A stretch of 63,554 nucleotides of DNA, counting the filler. It is 3 parts of 3 records of this genome, joined end to end, with 100 filler letters (N's around TTAATTAATTAA, not from the genome) between each part and the next. Parts side by side here need not be neighbours in the genome. Positions count along the whole stretch, not along the records: positions 31,813 to 51,654 come from SRR22947725_5534; 2 more parts are not named here. The stretch is one strand, 5' to 3'. This document shows positions 31,813-43,230 of the stretch, piece after piece. The translations under genes were made by a program, and so were the position numbers. A model generated the notes under the pieces. It had not been told where the DNA came from and searched no databases. It worked only from the letters and a program-made list of their open reading frames with translations. Numbering within the stretch: position 1 is the first letter of the stretch; each line of letters opens with the position of its first letter.

Positions 31813-32647
31813 TGTTGGAAAATCGACTCTAATTAATCGAATTTTAGGAGAAGAAAGAGTCATGGCGGTTGATCTACCTGGAACTACTCGAGATTCAATA
31901 TTTATTCCTTTTGAAAGAGATGGTCAGCAATACACTCTGATTGATACAGCGGGTATAAGACGTAAAAGAAGTGTCAGTGAAAAGGTCGAAATTTTTAGTA
32001 TTATCAAAGCTAAAGATGCCATCAATGATTCACATGTTGTTATTTTGGTATTGGATGCCCATGAAGGGGTCACTGAGCAAGATGCAACACTTTTAGGGCT
32101 AATAGCAGACAAAGGAAGGGCCTTACTCATTGTTATCAACAAATGGGATGGCTTAGATGATTATCAAAAAAGTGAAGTAAAAAGAAAGTTAGATATAAAA
32201 CTCTCATTTGTAAATTACGCAACAGTTCATTACATTTCTGCACTCCATGGCTCAGGTGTTGGTAAATTATTTTCACCCATTAAAAGATCTTATGAGAATG
32301 CAGGCGGAAGGTTTCCTACCTCACTTCTAAATCGAATATTAGAACAGGCCAACAACACACATCAACCTCCTCCAGTTGCTGGAAAGAGAATGAGGCTAAA
32401 GTTTGTCAATCAATCTGATGTTTTTCCGCCCACATTGATTTTTCATGGCAATCATGTTCAAAATGTACCAAATAGTTACGAGCGCTTTCTAAAGAATTTT
32501 TTTATTACAGCTCTCAAGTTAACGAATACTCCTATTAAAATTCAATACAAAAGTGGCGACAACCCATTTAAAGATAAAAAAAATATTCTATCTGCACGCC
32601 AAATTCAAAAGAAAAAGCGGCTGATGAAGTTTGTCAAAAAGAAATAA
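31813..32647 (+). CDS. der: Ribosome biogenesis GTPase Der, 3' part
   Basis: (V)GKSTLIN, PGTTRDSI, DTAG, NKWD, ISALHG, C-terminal KH-like domain; truncated at the contig start. Confidence 0.96.
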
Positions 32648-32657
32648 AATTAATTCT

Positions 32658-33896
32658 TTAAAACCTTCGAACTGAAAACTCATGAATTGGAATGGGGGAC
32701 TCCTCCCCTGTGATAATTGACTCCACAATCTCAGCAGTTATGGGAGCTAGTGTAAGGCCTATGTGGCCATGGCCAAAAGCATAAACGACATCATTACCTT
32801 TTCTAGAAGCCGAAATAACAGGCTTACTATCAGGAATTGATGGTCTAAACCCTAACCATGACCTATTTGACTTTCCTAAGTCCGGAAAAAAATTTGATGC
32901 ACCACTCTCGAGATGATTAATTCTATGATTAGAAATCTGAGGACTAACTCCACCTAGCTCTACAGTTCCAGCCACTCTTAATCTCCCTGTCATTGGAGAC
33001 ATATAAAAACCTCCATCAGCAGAACAGCAAGGTCTATTGAGGAGTGGTTCATTCATATCATATTCGACATGGTATCCTCTCTCAACATCTAAAGGTATAT
33101 TGTCTCCCGCTTGTTTTGCAAACTTCTTAGAAAAAGCACCTGCAGATACAACTAGGTGATTTGATAATATTATAGATTTGTCATCTAAAGTTACTTCGAT
33201 ACCAGTCTTTGATCTTTCAACATTCTTAGCAGACTGCCTAATAACATGACATCCTTTATCAATACAAGCATCTAACAATAGCTTCATCATTTTTCCAGGA
33301 TCACTCATATAATTACAGTCTGGAAAATAGGCTGCGCCGCCTTCAGTTAGATTAATATTAGGTTCCAACTTAGTAAGCTCTGAAGGGGTTAGCATTTGTG
33401 CATTCAAGCCTAAAGTTTTTCTATGATTAATATCTTTTTCACCAGCGTCATAGACTGACTTTGACCTATAGATATAGATACTTCCATTACTATTAAGTAG
33501 AGAACTACCATTAATTTGACTTGCCAAATCCTCCCAACGAAGCCTTGCATTAACTAATAAGTTGGCAATCGATTGCGCATTTTTTGCAGCCTGTTTTGGC
33601 ATCGATTGATACAAGAATTTCATTAGCCAAGGAGCAAGTGAGAGAATTTCAGAGCGCTTAATTGCAATTGGGCTATTTTTATTAAATAAAAGTGCAGGCA
33701 ATCTCTTTATTACTTCTGGAGAGCCAACAGGTAGAACTGCATATTCAGCAATAGTGCCAGCATTCCCATATGAAGCTCCGCAACCTGGCTCTTCGCAATC
33801 AATAAGAGTAACTTCCTTTCCTAGGTTAAGCATTCTTAGGGCAACTGAAAGGCCTATAACGCCTCCACCCAAAACTAAAATATCAGTTTTTTTCAT
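32658..33896 (-). CDS. FAD-dependent D-amino acid dehydrogenase (DadA/DAO family)
   Basis: GGGVIG, ASYGNAG, ERGYH, WLGFRP, AFGHGHIGLT. Confidence 0.88.
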   Translation of the reverse strand: MKKTDILVLGGGVIGLSVALRMLNLGKEVTLIDCEEPGCGASYGNAGTIAEYAVLPVGSPEVIKRLPALLFNKNSPIAIKRSEILSLAPWLMKFLYQSMPKQAAKNAQSIANLLVNARLRWEDLASQINGSSLLNSNGSIYIYRSKSVYDAGEKDINHRKTLGLNAQMLTPSELTKLEPNINLTEGGAAYFPDCNYMSDPGKMMKLLLDACIDKGCHVIRQSAKNVERSKTGIEVTLDDKSIILSNHLVVSAGAFSKKFAKQAGDNIPLDVERGYHVEYDMNEPLLNRPCCSADGGFYMSPMTGRLRVAGTVELGGVSPQISNHRINHLESGASNFFPDLGKSNRSWLGFRPSIPDSKPVISASRKGNDVVYAFGHGHIGLTLAPITAEIVESIITGEESPIPIHEFSVRRF

Positions 33897-33933
33897 CTAA
33901 AAAATCCCAATATTAAATAAAAGTGCACAGAAT

Positions 33934-35574
<1,641 letters not shown>

Positions 35575-35647
35575 CTAACAAAGTTTGAAATAGCTATGAT
35601 ACCTAAATTTGTGTAGAATATGGGCACATCCAAACAAACAAATAAAG

Positions 35648-37363
35648 ATGGGTTATAGACAATTTGTAAAGAGGATCTTTCCATACCTCAAAAATCATTT
35701 AGGAAAATTTGCTTTCACATCATTAATGATGGTATTTGCTACTTTATTGGAAGCAGCAATACCTGAAATTACAGGCCAAATAGTTGATACATTATTTTCT
35801 AGTGATCGTGCTAGTAATGCAGCATTTTATTATTCTTTTATGTTGTTTTCAGTCATTGCGATAAGTTCATTATTTTCACTGATTTCTATCAGTGCTAGCT
35901 CTTGGATCTCCAATAAAGTAATTATGGATTTAAGGGTCAATATGTTTAACAAGCTACTTCGACTTCCAAAATCATATTTTGATAAAAATACTTCAGGAGA
36001 AACTCTATCAAAACTTACTTTTGATGTTGAACAAATATCTGCTGCGGCCTCTAATATTTGGCTTCAATTTATCAAATCTTCCTTTTCAGTGATGGTTCTG
36101 ACAGGCTATTTATTTTATAAAAATATCGTTCTAAGTCTTAGCCTATTAATTCTTCTTCCTTTAATTTTCTTAGTTGTAAAACTTTCTACCTCCAGAATTA
36201 GAAGAGGATCAGTCAGAATTCAAGAATCAATGGGGAAAATGACTCACCAGTTAGATGAAAATATTTCTGGAAACGATTTAATCAAAATATATCAAGCTCA
36301 AAACAGTGAAACTAATAAATTTTTTAGTATTATTAACACTATACGTCAACAAAAATTTAAAGTTGATATGGCGGCTGGCCTTAATACCTCTATTGCAAAT
36401 ATCCTTATAGGATTATCGTTAGCGTGTGTTGTTTATTTTTCATCGACATATTTGGCAATGAGCGCAGGTGACTTTCTAGCATACTTTACAGCAATGGGTA
36501 TGCTTGTTAAACCAGCAAAAACACTCATTAATATCAATAAACCTCTTCAGCAGTCAATAGTAGCTGGAAATAGTGTATTTAGCCTGATTGATGAATCCCC
36601 AGAAAGCAATCCAAGCAAGAATCCAATTCATTCAATTTCTGGTGAGATATGTTTTGACAATGTTAGTTTTTCTTATGGCAACAAAAAACCTTCACTAACT
36701 AATATTAATTTAACAATCAAAAAAGGAGAGTCCATTGCCTTAGTTGGATCAACTGGAAGCGGTAAAACTACGATAGTTAATTTATTAACTCGCTTTTATA
36801 ACCCATCATCTGGAAAAATATTAATCGATGGACAAGATATTGTTTCTTATGAGCTAGAGTCTTATAGATCTAATTTCTCATATGTGGATCAAAATGTCCG
36901 TCTTTTTAATGACACCATTAGTGGGAATATCGCCTTTGGTCAAAAAGAGTCAATGTCAATGGATTTAATAAGGAATGCGGCAAAAGTATCTAATTCAATA
37001 GAGTTTATTGAAAAACTAGATAAGAAGTTTGATTCTGATATTGGTGAAGATGGCGTAACTCTATCTGGCGGACAACGTCAAAGACTTTCGATAGCAAGAG
37101 CTATTGCAAAAGATAGCCCTATATTGATTCTTGATGAAGCAACCTCAGCATTAGATTCAGCTACAGAAAAACTTGTTCAGGCTGCTATTAATAATATGCA
37201 ACAAGATAGAACTACTATTATTATTGCACACCGATTAACTACGATACAAAATGCTGATCGAATTATTGTTTTAAAAAATGGAGAAATCATTGAGCAAGGA
37301 ACTCATTCTGAACTTATAAAAAATTCAGGTGAGTATTCAAAGTTGCATCAGCAACAAACTTAA
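35648..37363 (+). CDS. msbA: Lipid A export ABC transporter
   Basis: Transmembrane domain plus GSTGSGKT, LSGGQRQR, ILDEATSALD; start uncertain (ATG 35648). Confidence 0.8.
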   Translation: MGYRQFVKRIFPYLKNHLGKFAFTSLMMVFATLLEAAIPEITGQIVDTLFSSDRASNAAFYYSFMLFSVIAISSLFSLISISASSWISNKVIMDLRVNMFNKLLRLPKSYFDKNTSGETLSKLTFDVEQISAAASNIWLQFIKSSFSVMVLTGYLFYKNIVLSLSLLILLPLIFLVVKLSTSRIRRGSVRIQESMGKMTHQLDENISGNDLIKIYQAQNSETNKFFSIINTIRQQKFKVDMAAGLNTSIANILIGLSLACVVYFSSTYLAMSAGDFLAYFTAMGMLVKPAKTLININKPLQQSIVAGNSVFSLIDESPESNPSKNPIHSISGEICFDNVSFSYGNKKPSLTNINLTIKKGESIALVGSTGSGKTTIVNLLTRFYNPSSGKILIDGQDIVSYELESYRSNFSYVDQNVRLFNDTISGNIAFGQKESMSMDLIRNAAKVSNSIEFIEKLDKKFDSDIGEDGVTLSGGQRQRLSIARAIAKDSPILILDEATSALDSATEKLVQAAINNMQQDRTTIIIAHRLTTIQNADRIIVLKNGEIIEQGTHSELIKNSGEYSKLHQQQT

Positions 37364-37381
37364 ACCTATTTAAAATTAAGT

Positions 37382-37990
37382 CTAGAAGAGTGTCCAGATT
37401 CGATTACTATCGAGTTGTTCTCTGCATTGAGAAAGCTGCGACTTATATGTATTAGACTTATTCTCAACTTTCTTTGCAATAGAGATCAGCCAATCTTTCT
37501 TTTCATAGCTTTTCTTGTTGAATCCACCATGTCCTTCATGGTATGCCAAGTATTGACGATATGCATCTGTTTTACTTATCTTGGACCTCAGGTTAGATTG
37601 ATTAGCATACCATCCAACAAAATCAATTGCGTCAGAAAAATTATCCCTCCTTGCATCTTTTTTTCCAGTTTTGAGCTGGTACCATTCCCATGTAGCTTTT
37701 TTAGCCTGAGTATATCCATAGGAGTCCGTAGGTCTCGCACCTGGGATAAATCCAAAAATTTTATTACGTGGTGGTTTTGCTCTTGAAGCGAAGCGGGACT
37801 CTTGATGGATAATAGCTAATTGCAAATGCATCGGCACCTTCCATTTCTCCTCACTAAGTTTAGCTGCGCGATACCAACTAACCTTTTCATCTAGCAAATT
37901 ACATACATTTGTTACTTCCCTTGCAGGTGTTGATAAGCATCCTGAAATTGTAACTGCAACAAGTAATCCTAATGCTAAAAGTCTTTTCAT
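37382..37990 (-). CDS. Lipoprotein with lytic transglycosylase (SLT-like) domain
   Basis: Lipobox ISGC; IHQESRF catalytic Glu; YGYTQA; YLAYHEG. Confidence 0.82.
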   Translation of the reverse strand: MKRLLALGLLVAVTISGCLSTPAREVTNVCNLLDEKVSWYRAAKLSEEKWKVPMHLQLAIIHQESRFASRAKPPRNKIFGFIPGARPTDSYGYTQAKKATWEWYQLKTGKKDARRDNFSDAIDFVGWYANQSNLRSKISKTDAYRQYLAYHEGHGGFNKKSYEKKDWLISIAKKVENKSNTYKSQLSQCREQLDSNRIWTLF

Positions 37991-38296
37991 CTATCCAAAA
38001 AATACAAAGTAAGCAACAATCAGTTGAAAGGCCAACAAAACTCCGAACATTGCTTTAATGTCATTATCAGTCAATGGCTCAGACTCCTCAACCACTTTTT
38101 CTAATTTAACATCAACTGCAACTAGACCCTTGTCAGAGCTCTCAACTTTAAATTTAACTCTTGTATCACTTCTTAAACGTGATTTATTAAAAACATTTTT
38201 TTGGTGAACAAAGTACTTTTCACCATCATCTCCTGTAATAAATCCGTATCCCTTTGTGCCAAATTGGGCCACTATGCCTGTCATTTTTTTTGCCAT
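37991..38296 (-). CDS. Cold-shock domain protein with C-terminal transmembrane helix
   Basis: RNP1 KGYGFI, RNP2 YFVH, KGLVAVDV, then AMFGVLLAFQLIVAYFVFFG. Confidence 0.88.
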   Translation of the reverse strand: MAKKMTGIVAQFGTKGYGFITGDDGEKYFVHQKNVFNKSRLRSDTRVKFKVESSDKGLVAVDVKLEKVVEESEPLTDNDIKAMFGVLLAFQLIVAYFVFFG

Positions 38297-38952
38297 TACA
38301 CTCTCACTTTTTGCAGTAAATACACTGCCTTTTCAACAAAATCTACACCAAGATTTTGAAACATTGGCTCATTTTCAATATCATTAATACATTCTAGCTC
38401 TCGACATTGAAAAGAACCTCTAAATAATTCATTGACCTCAGGTCTGCTAACTGCAAACGGTGGGCCAGATCTTTGATGCTGAGGATAATTCAAAGTTAAC
38501 AATAAAATCCTAACATCTTCAACTATTATATCATTTAAATGTTTAACGTATTTTTGTCTTAACCCTTCATCTAGAGCGATCAATGAAGCGCGGTCATAAA
38601 CTGCCTTCACCTCCTGCAGATGATTAGCTTCTAAATCAAAATAATTACCGCAATAAATTTTTATTCCATCGCCTTCATAAAGTATGAATCGATCTAAATT
38701 TGATATTGAATAGGATAAGTTGTTTTCTGAAAAAAACTGTTCTGCTGCAATAGAACTCATCTCCACACCAATCACATTTATTTGATTTTCGAGTAGAAGT
38801 AACATGTCTTTAGTTTTTCCACACAAGGGAACAAAAATCGTATCCCTTGGAGAAAGATTAAGTTGATCTAGATACTCAATGAGCTGTCTATTAATTTGGT
38901 CGGCATGCCAACCTATCTTATTGTTTTCCCACCTACTGATCCAGTCAGTCAT
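38296..38952 (-). CDS. tpm: Thiopurine S-methyltransferase
   Basis: WISRWENNKIGWH, FVPLCGK, YDRASLIAL, GPPF. Confidence 0.93.
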   Translation of the reverse strand: MTDWISRWENNKIGWHADQINRQLIEYLDQLNLSPRDTIFVPLCGKTKDMLLLLENQINVIGVEMSSIAAEQFFSENNLSYSISNLDRFILYEGDGIKIYCGNYFDLEANHLQEVKAVYDRASLIALDEGLRQKYVKHLNDIIVEDVRILLLTLNYPQHQRSGPPFAVSRPEVNELFRGSFQCRELECINDIENEPMFQNLGVDFVEKAVYLLQKVRV

Positions 38953-39099
38953 GCTTAATCCTTGTTATAATAAAACCAATCCTTGAGACGCTCAAATAAA
39001 TGCATGATTTAAAATCATTTTAAACCATAAAATATTTTTTACTATTTAAATGCAATCTAACTTCATAAATACAAATTCATTCGACCCTATGAACTTATC

Positions 39100-39771
39100 A
39101 TGACTCAAAGTATTGGTGACTGGTCTGAATATCTTTCTAAAGAGAAAGAAAAGGATTACTTTATCTCGCTTTACTCGTTTCTCAACTCTCGTATCAATAA
39201 TGAAATTTATCCGCCCAGAGGTAAATGGTTCAAGGCCTTTGAATATTCAAGTTATAACTCTACAAAAGTTATTATTCTTGGTCAAGACCCATATCATGGG
39301 AATGGACAGGCGGAAGGGCTTAGTTTTTCGGTCCCAAAAGACAACATCATTCCTCCATCCCTAAGAAATATTTATAAAGAGCTTGAATCAAATAACGTTA
39401 ATTTTGAGAACCCTGGTCATGGTAATCTTATTACTTGGGCTAACCAAGGGGTCTTGCTACTGAATAGTGTGCTAACTGTCGAAAGGCAGTCTCCAGCGGC
39501 TCATGCGAACAAAGGGTGGGAGTTTTTTACTGATCATGTGATTAGCCTTCTCAATGAGAATAAAAATAATTTAGTTTTTATACTCTGGGGCGCCTACGCT
39601 AATAAAAAATCTAAATTGATAGATAGCAGCAAACACCTTATACTCAGTGCTCCGCACCCATCACCCTTTTCTGCACATAAAGGTTTCTTTGGTAGTCAAC
39701 ATTTTTTAAAAACTAATGAATATCTTGAGTCAACAAAGCAAACCCCTATTGACTGGAGAATACCTAAATGA
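39100..39771 (+). CDS. ung: Uracil-DNA glycosylase
   Basis: GQDPYH, PPSL, QGVLLLN, HPSP. Confidence 0.97.
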   Translation: MTQSIGDWSEYLSKEKEKDYFISLYSFLNSRINNEIYPPRGKWFKAFEYSSYNSTKVIILGQDPYHGNGQAEGLSFSVPKDNIIPPSLRNIYKELESNNVNFENPGHGNLITWANQGVLLLNSVLTVERQSPAAHANKGWEFFTDHVISLLNENKNNLVFILWGAYANKKSKLIDSSKHLILSAPHPSPFSAHKGFFGSQHFLKTNEYLESTKQTPIDWRIPK

Positions 39772-40805
39772 AACTAATGGTTGATGATGCAGTTTGGGGG
39801 TTTAATAAGATTTTTTCAGAGTTTGGAGAATTGGTAACTCTTTCAGGTAGAGATATTAATCGGGAGAGTTTGTTAGACTGCGACATCTTAATTGTAAGAT
39901 CAAGAACACAGGTAAATCAAGAACTATTAGAGGGCACAAAAATTTCTTTTGTTGGTTCAACGGTTGCAGGTCTGGATCATATTGATGAAAGTTATTTAGA
40001 TAAAAACAATATAGCTTTCTTCTCTGCACAAGGTTGTAATGCTAACGCAGTTGCTGAGTACGTGATTAGTGCATTAGCAAATCTTGCACATGATTATTGT
40101 TTCAATTTAACTGAAAAGTCGCTCGGAATTATTGGAGTTGGTAATGTAGGTCGAAGACTTGACTTTAAAGCAAGGCAGCTTGGAATGACTACGCTTTTAA
40201 ATGATCCACCACGAGAGGAAAAAGAAGGCGCTGATGGCTTTGTCAGTTTAGAAAATGCTCTTAGTGCAGATATAGTAACCTTTCATACCCCCTTAACAAA
40301 CAATGGGCCTTATTCAACTCATAATCTTCTTGAAAGTCAAAACTTTAATCTCATTACTGAGGATACAATCTTAATAAACGCGGCCAGAGGTGGAATCATT
40401 GATGAAGCCATTTGGGAAACAATCAATACTAAGGCTAATATTATTGATTGTTGGGAGAATGAGCCCAATATTAACAGAACTCTTCAAAAGACAGCGTACT
40501 GGTCTACTCCGCATATTGCTGGGCACTCTATCGATGCCAAGTTTATGGGAAGTTTTATGATCTATAAAGAGTTATGCAAATTCACACAAAAACCAATGAA
40601 TAGTGAAGTTGAAACGCTGATTAATCGTGAATCTATGGTGATTGAAGAAAAAACGCTTCATGCGACTCTAAATTCAATATATTCTTTCAAAGATGATGAT
40701 GAGGTCATTTCGGATATTTCAAAATTTGAAGACTATCGACGAAATTACCCTGAACGCTTGGAATGGCATCACTTTAAAACTCAATTTGACATACCTAGAA
40801 AATAA
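39768..40805 (+). CDS. pdxB: Erythronate-4-phosphate dehydrogenase
   Basis: VRS, GCNANAVAEY, GVGNVG, NDPPR, HTPL, TPHIAGHS. Confidence 0.92.
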   Translation: MKLMVDDAVWGFNKIFSEFGELVTLSGRDINRESLLDCDILIVRSRTQVNQELLEGTKISFVGSTVAGLDHIDESYLDKNNIAFFSAQGCNANAVAEYVISALANLAHDYCFNLTEKSLGIIGVGNVGRRLDFKARQLGMTTLLNDPPREEKEGADGFVSLENALSADIVTFHTPLTNNGPYSTHNLLESQNFNLITEDTILINAARGGIIDEAIWETINTKANIIDCWENEPNINRTLQKTAYWSTPHIAGHSIDAKFMGSFMIYKELCKFTQKPMNSEVETLINRESMVIEEKTLHATLNSIYSFKDDDEVISDISKFEDYRRNYPERLEWHHFKTQFDIPRK

Positions 40806-40812
40806 ATCAATA

Positions 40813-41574
40813 CTAACTCTGCGAAAGCAAATATTTGATAAGCATTGAAATTGAAATAATGACAATTAAGAACCTAATTATTAGTGGATTGGCTTTCAAT
40901 AAGTAATGAGTTCCAAAAAAAGCGCCTATCATTTGCCCTATCATCATTAGAAGGCCAATTAAAAAAGCGATATGGCCAAAACTGAAAAAGACTATGAATC
41001 CAGCAATATTTGATGCAAAATTCAATGGCTTTGCTAGGATTGTTGCTTGGATAATTTCGAGTTTCTTAAGCATTACCCCTGTCATTGCAAAAAAGGAACC
41101 AGCCCCAGGACCAAACATCCCGTCATAAAAACCAACTACTGGAACAGCAAAAAATTCAAACTTTTTATTGGACTTTGAATTACTAACAGTAGATTTAGGT
41201 TTGGGAGAAATAATAAAATATATTGCTATAAAAACGAGAACGATTGGAATTACAAAAGAGAGGAACTGCGTATCAACAAATTGAATGATAACTCCCCCCA
41301 CTATTGAACCTATAAAAGAAGCGAACATTAAACTTTTGACAGAATTCCAATCTAATTTTTTTTTCCTAAACAATAAAAAAGTAGCTATACCAGTGCCCAT
41401 GCTACCCTGAAACTTGTTAGTTCCAAGAACATATATTGGAGGAATGCCGCTTAAGAGAAGCGCAGGAACAGCAAGCAATCCACCGCCGCCAACAAGTGTA
41501 TCTAGAAAGCCCGCCACAACTCCAACAAAAAATAAAAACGTTAGAATTTCAATTGAAAAATTAGCAATATCCAT
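40813..41574 (-). CDS. TauE/SafE (TSUP) family transporter
   Basis: AGFLDTLVGGGG, GTNK, GFYDGMFGPGAG. Confidence 0.9.
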   Translation of the reverse strand: MDIANFSIEILTFLFFVGVVAGFLDTLVGGGGLLAVPALLLSGIPPIYVLGTNKFQGSMGTGIATFLLFRKKKLDWNSVKSLMFASFIGSIVGGVIIQFVDTQFLSFVIPIVLVFIAIYFIISPKPKSTVSNSKSNKKFEFFAVPVVGFYDGMFGPGAGSFFAMTGVMLKKLEIIQATILAKPLNFASNIAGFIVFFSFGHIAFLIGLLMMIGQMIGAFFGTHYLLKANPLIIRFLIVIISISMLIKYLLSQS

Positions 41575-41579
41575 AAAGA

Positions 41580-42371
41580 TTATCTACTTACTAGGGTTGG
41601 AAACCAATCTTCTCTGAGGCGCTCCCCATTTTTTTGATTAATACCTGGAAAACTTGGTGAAGTTCTTCCTGGTCTTTGCTTATAAACTGCATCATCACCC
41701 AACAATCTAAAAGATAAAGTTCTGCTTATTGTATTGGCGATATTTGCATTCGCACCATGAATTGTTTTGAAATTAAAAGCGACGACATCGCCTGGCTCCG
41801 TTTTCCATTCTTTCGTTGTAAATTCCTTAATATCGGGTAGATCCATAAAAGTCTCACTGTCCTCATAGAAACTTTCATTACTAGCCCAGCTTGTTGGACG
41901 TATCTCTTTATTAAGCTGATGGCTCCCCGCTAATAGTTTCAATGAAACACTCTTTTCTCTTGACTCTAATGGGAGCCAAAAACTAACAGTTTGTTGACCT
42001 GAAACGCAGTAATAAGGCATATCTTGATGCCACGGTGTTGGCACCCCAGAGTTTATTTCTTTATAAAAAAAATGGTCATGAAAAAACTGTGCTGATTTAG
42101 ACTTCATCAAGCTTGAAGCAATTAAAGCTAAAGAGGAATTAAATATAAAATCTGAATACTCTGGAATAGCCCTCCAATTACAAAAATCTTCTAGAAATTG
42201 TCCTTTATATTTTTCATGATGATGTGTTAATGCTCTTTCACTTGGGTTCTCAATATGCCTCTCTGCCCCTTTTATTAGAGTTTCAATCCATTCACTAAAA
42301 ACACCTCTAAGAATAACAACTCCATCCTCATTAAAGCTTCGAATATCTGATTGATTAATTAACATTTTCAT
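41580..42371 (-). CDS. Phytanoyl-CoA dioxygenase (PhyH) family Fe(II)/2-oxoglutarate dioxygenase
   Basis: PTPWHQD, SFWLPL, GSH, PGDVVAF...TIHGA...R; start uncertain. Confidence 0.88.
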   Translation of the reverse strand: MKMLINQSDIRSFNEDGVVILRGVFSEWIETLIKGAERHIENPSERALTHHHEKYKGQFLEDFCNWRAIPEYSDFIFNSSLALIASSLMKSKSAQFFHDHFFYKEINSGVPTPWHQDMPYYCVSGQQTVSFWLPLESREKSVSLKLLAGSHQLNKEIRPTSWASNESFYEDSETFMDLPDIKEFTTKEWKTEPGDVVAFNFKTIHGANANIANTISRTLSFRLLGDDAVYKQRPGRTSPSFPGINQKNGERLREDWFPTLVSR

Positions 42372-42531
42372 AATGCTTAAGTTCTTAGTTTTCGTCAATG
42401 CGTTTTAAGTTCTAGTTAATTTATGATTATCCCTAAAGTCTAAATCTGAGAGGATATATTTATATCTATAGTCTTTTTATAAACAAGTTCAAACAACGGT
42501 ATTATTAACATAATTTTTTTCTTGACTACAA

Positions 42532-43227
42532 ATGAAACTTCTTCGAGAAACTTTTACTATTAAAGAAATACCTAAGACATCCTGGAGCTCAGAGGATTCA
42601 TACAACTTAAAACCAAAGCCAACAACCTTTATTTTTTTAGTGTTTGGTTTATTTTTATTTGGACTAGGTGAGAGTCTTTTAATTACAAGCGGTGCTGGAG
42701 TCGGGCCCTATACAGTTCTGGCTCAAGGAATATCTAATCTTACTGATTGGTCGCTAGGTTTTTCTACCTTTGTTATTAGTATATTTGTCTTACTATTATG
42801 GATACCTCTAAAACAAAAACCTGGAATGGGGACAATATTAAATGCCTTTATTATTGCACTAACCATTGAATTTTCTGTTTTTTACCTGCCCTATCCTCAA
42901 ACATACCTGTTACAGTTATTACAAGTTGTAATAGGGGTCTTGATCATTGGCCTAGGCAGCGGATTTTATCTAATCTGTAACTTGGGAGCTGGGCCAAGAG
43001 ATGGCTTAATGATTGGTCTTCAAAAAGTAACCAATATGCGAATATACTCAATTCGAACAATAATTGAGATTAGTGTAGTTGTTATTGGATCCATTTGTCT
43101 TCTTAATAATATTGATAAGCTTCTTGGCGAGGTAGTGGGCCTTGGAACCATGATATTTGCTTTAGGAATTGGACCCTCTGTTGCTTTGGGCATATCTTTT
43201 GTTGGCAGGCTATCAAAACAAACTTAG
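42532..43227 (+). CDS. YczE/YyaS/YitT-type membrane protein
   Basis: GVGPYTVLAQG, GMGTILN, LGAGPRDGLM, GLGT. Confidence 0.85.
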   Translation: MKLLRETFTIKEIPKTSWSSEDSYNLKPKPTTFIFLVFGLFLFGLGESLLITSGAGVGPYTVLAQGISNLTDWSLGFSTFVISIFVLLLWIPLKQKPGMGTILNAFIIALTIEFSVFYLPYPQTYLLQLLQVVIGVLIIGLGSGFYLICNLGAGPRDGLMIGLQKVTNMRIYSIRTIIEISVVVIGSICLLNNIDKLLGEVVGLGTMIFALGIGPSVALGISFVGRLSKQT

Positions 43228-43230
43228 CAT

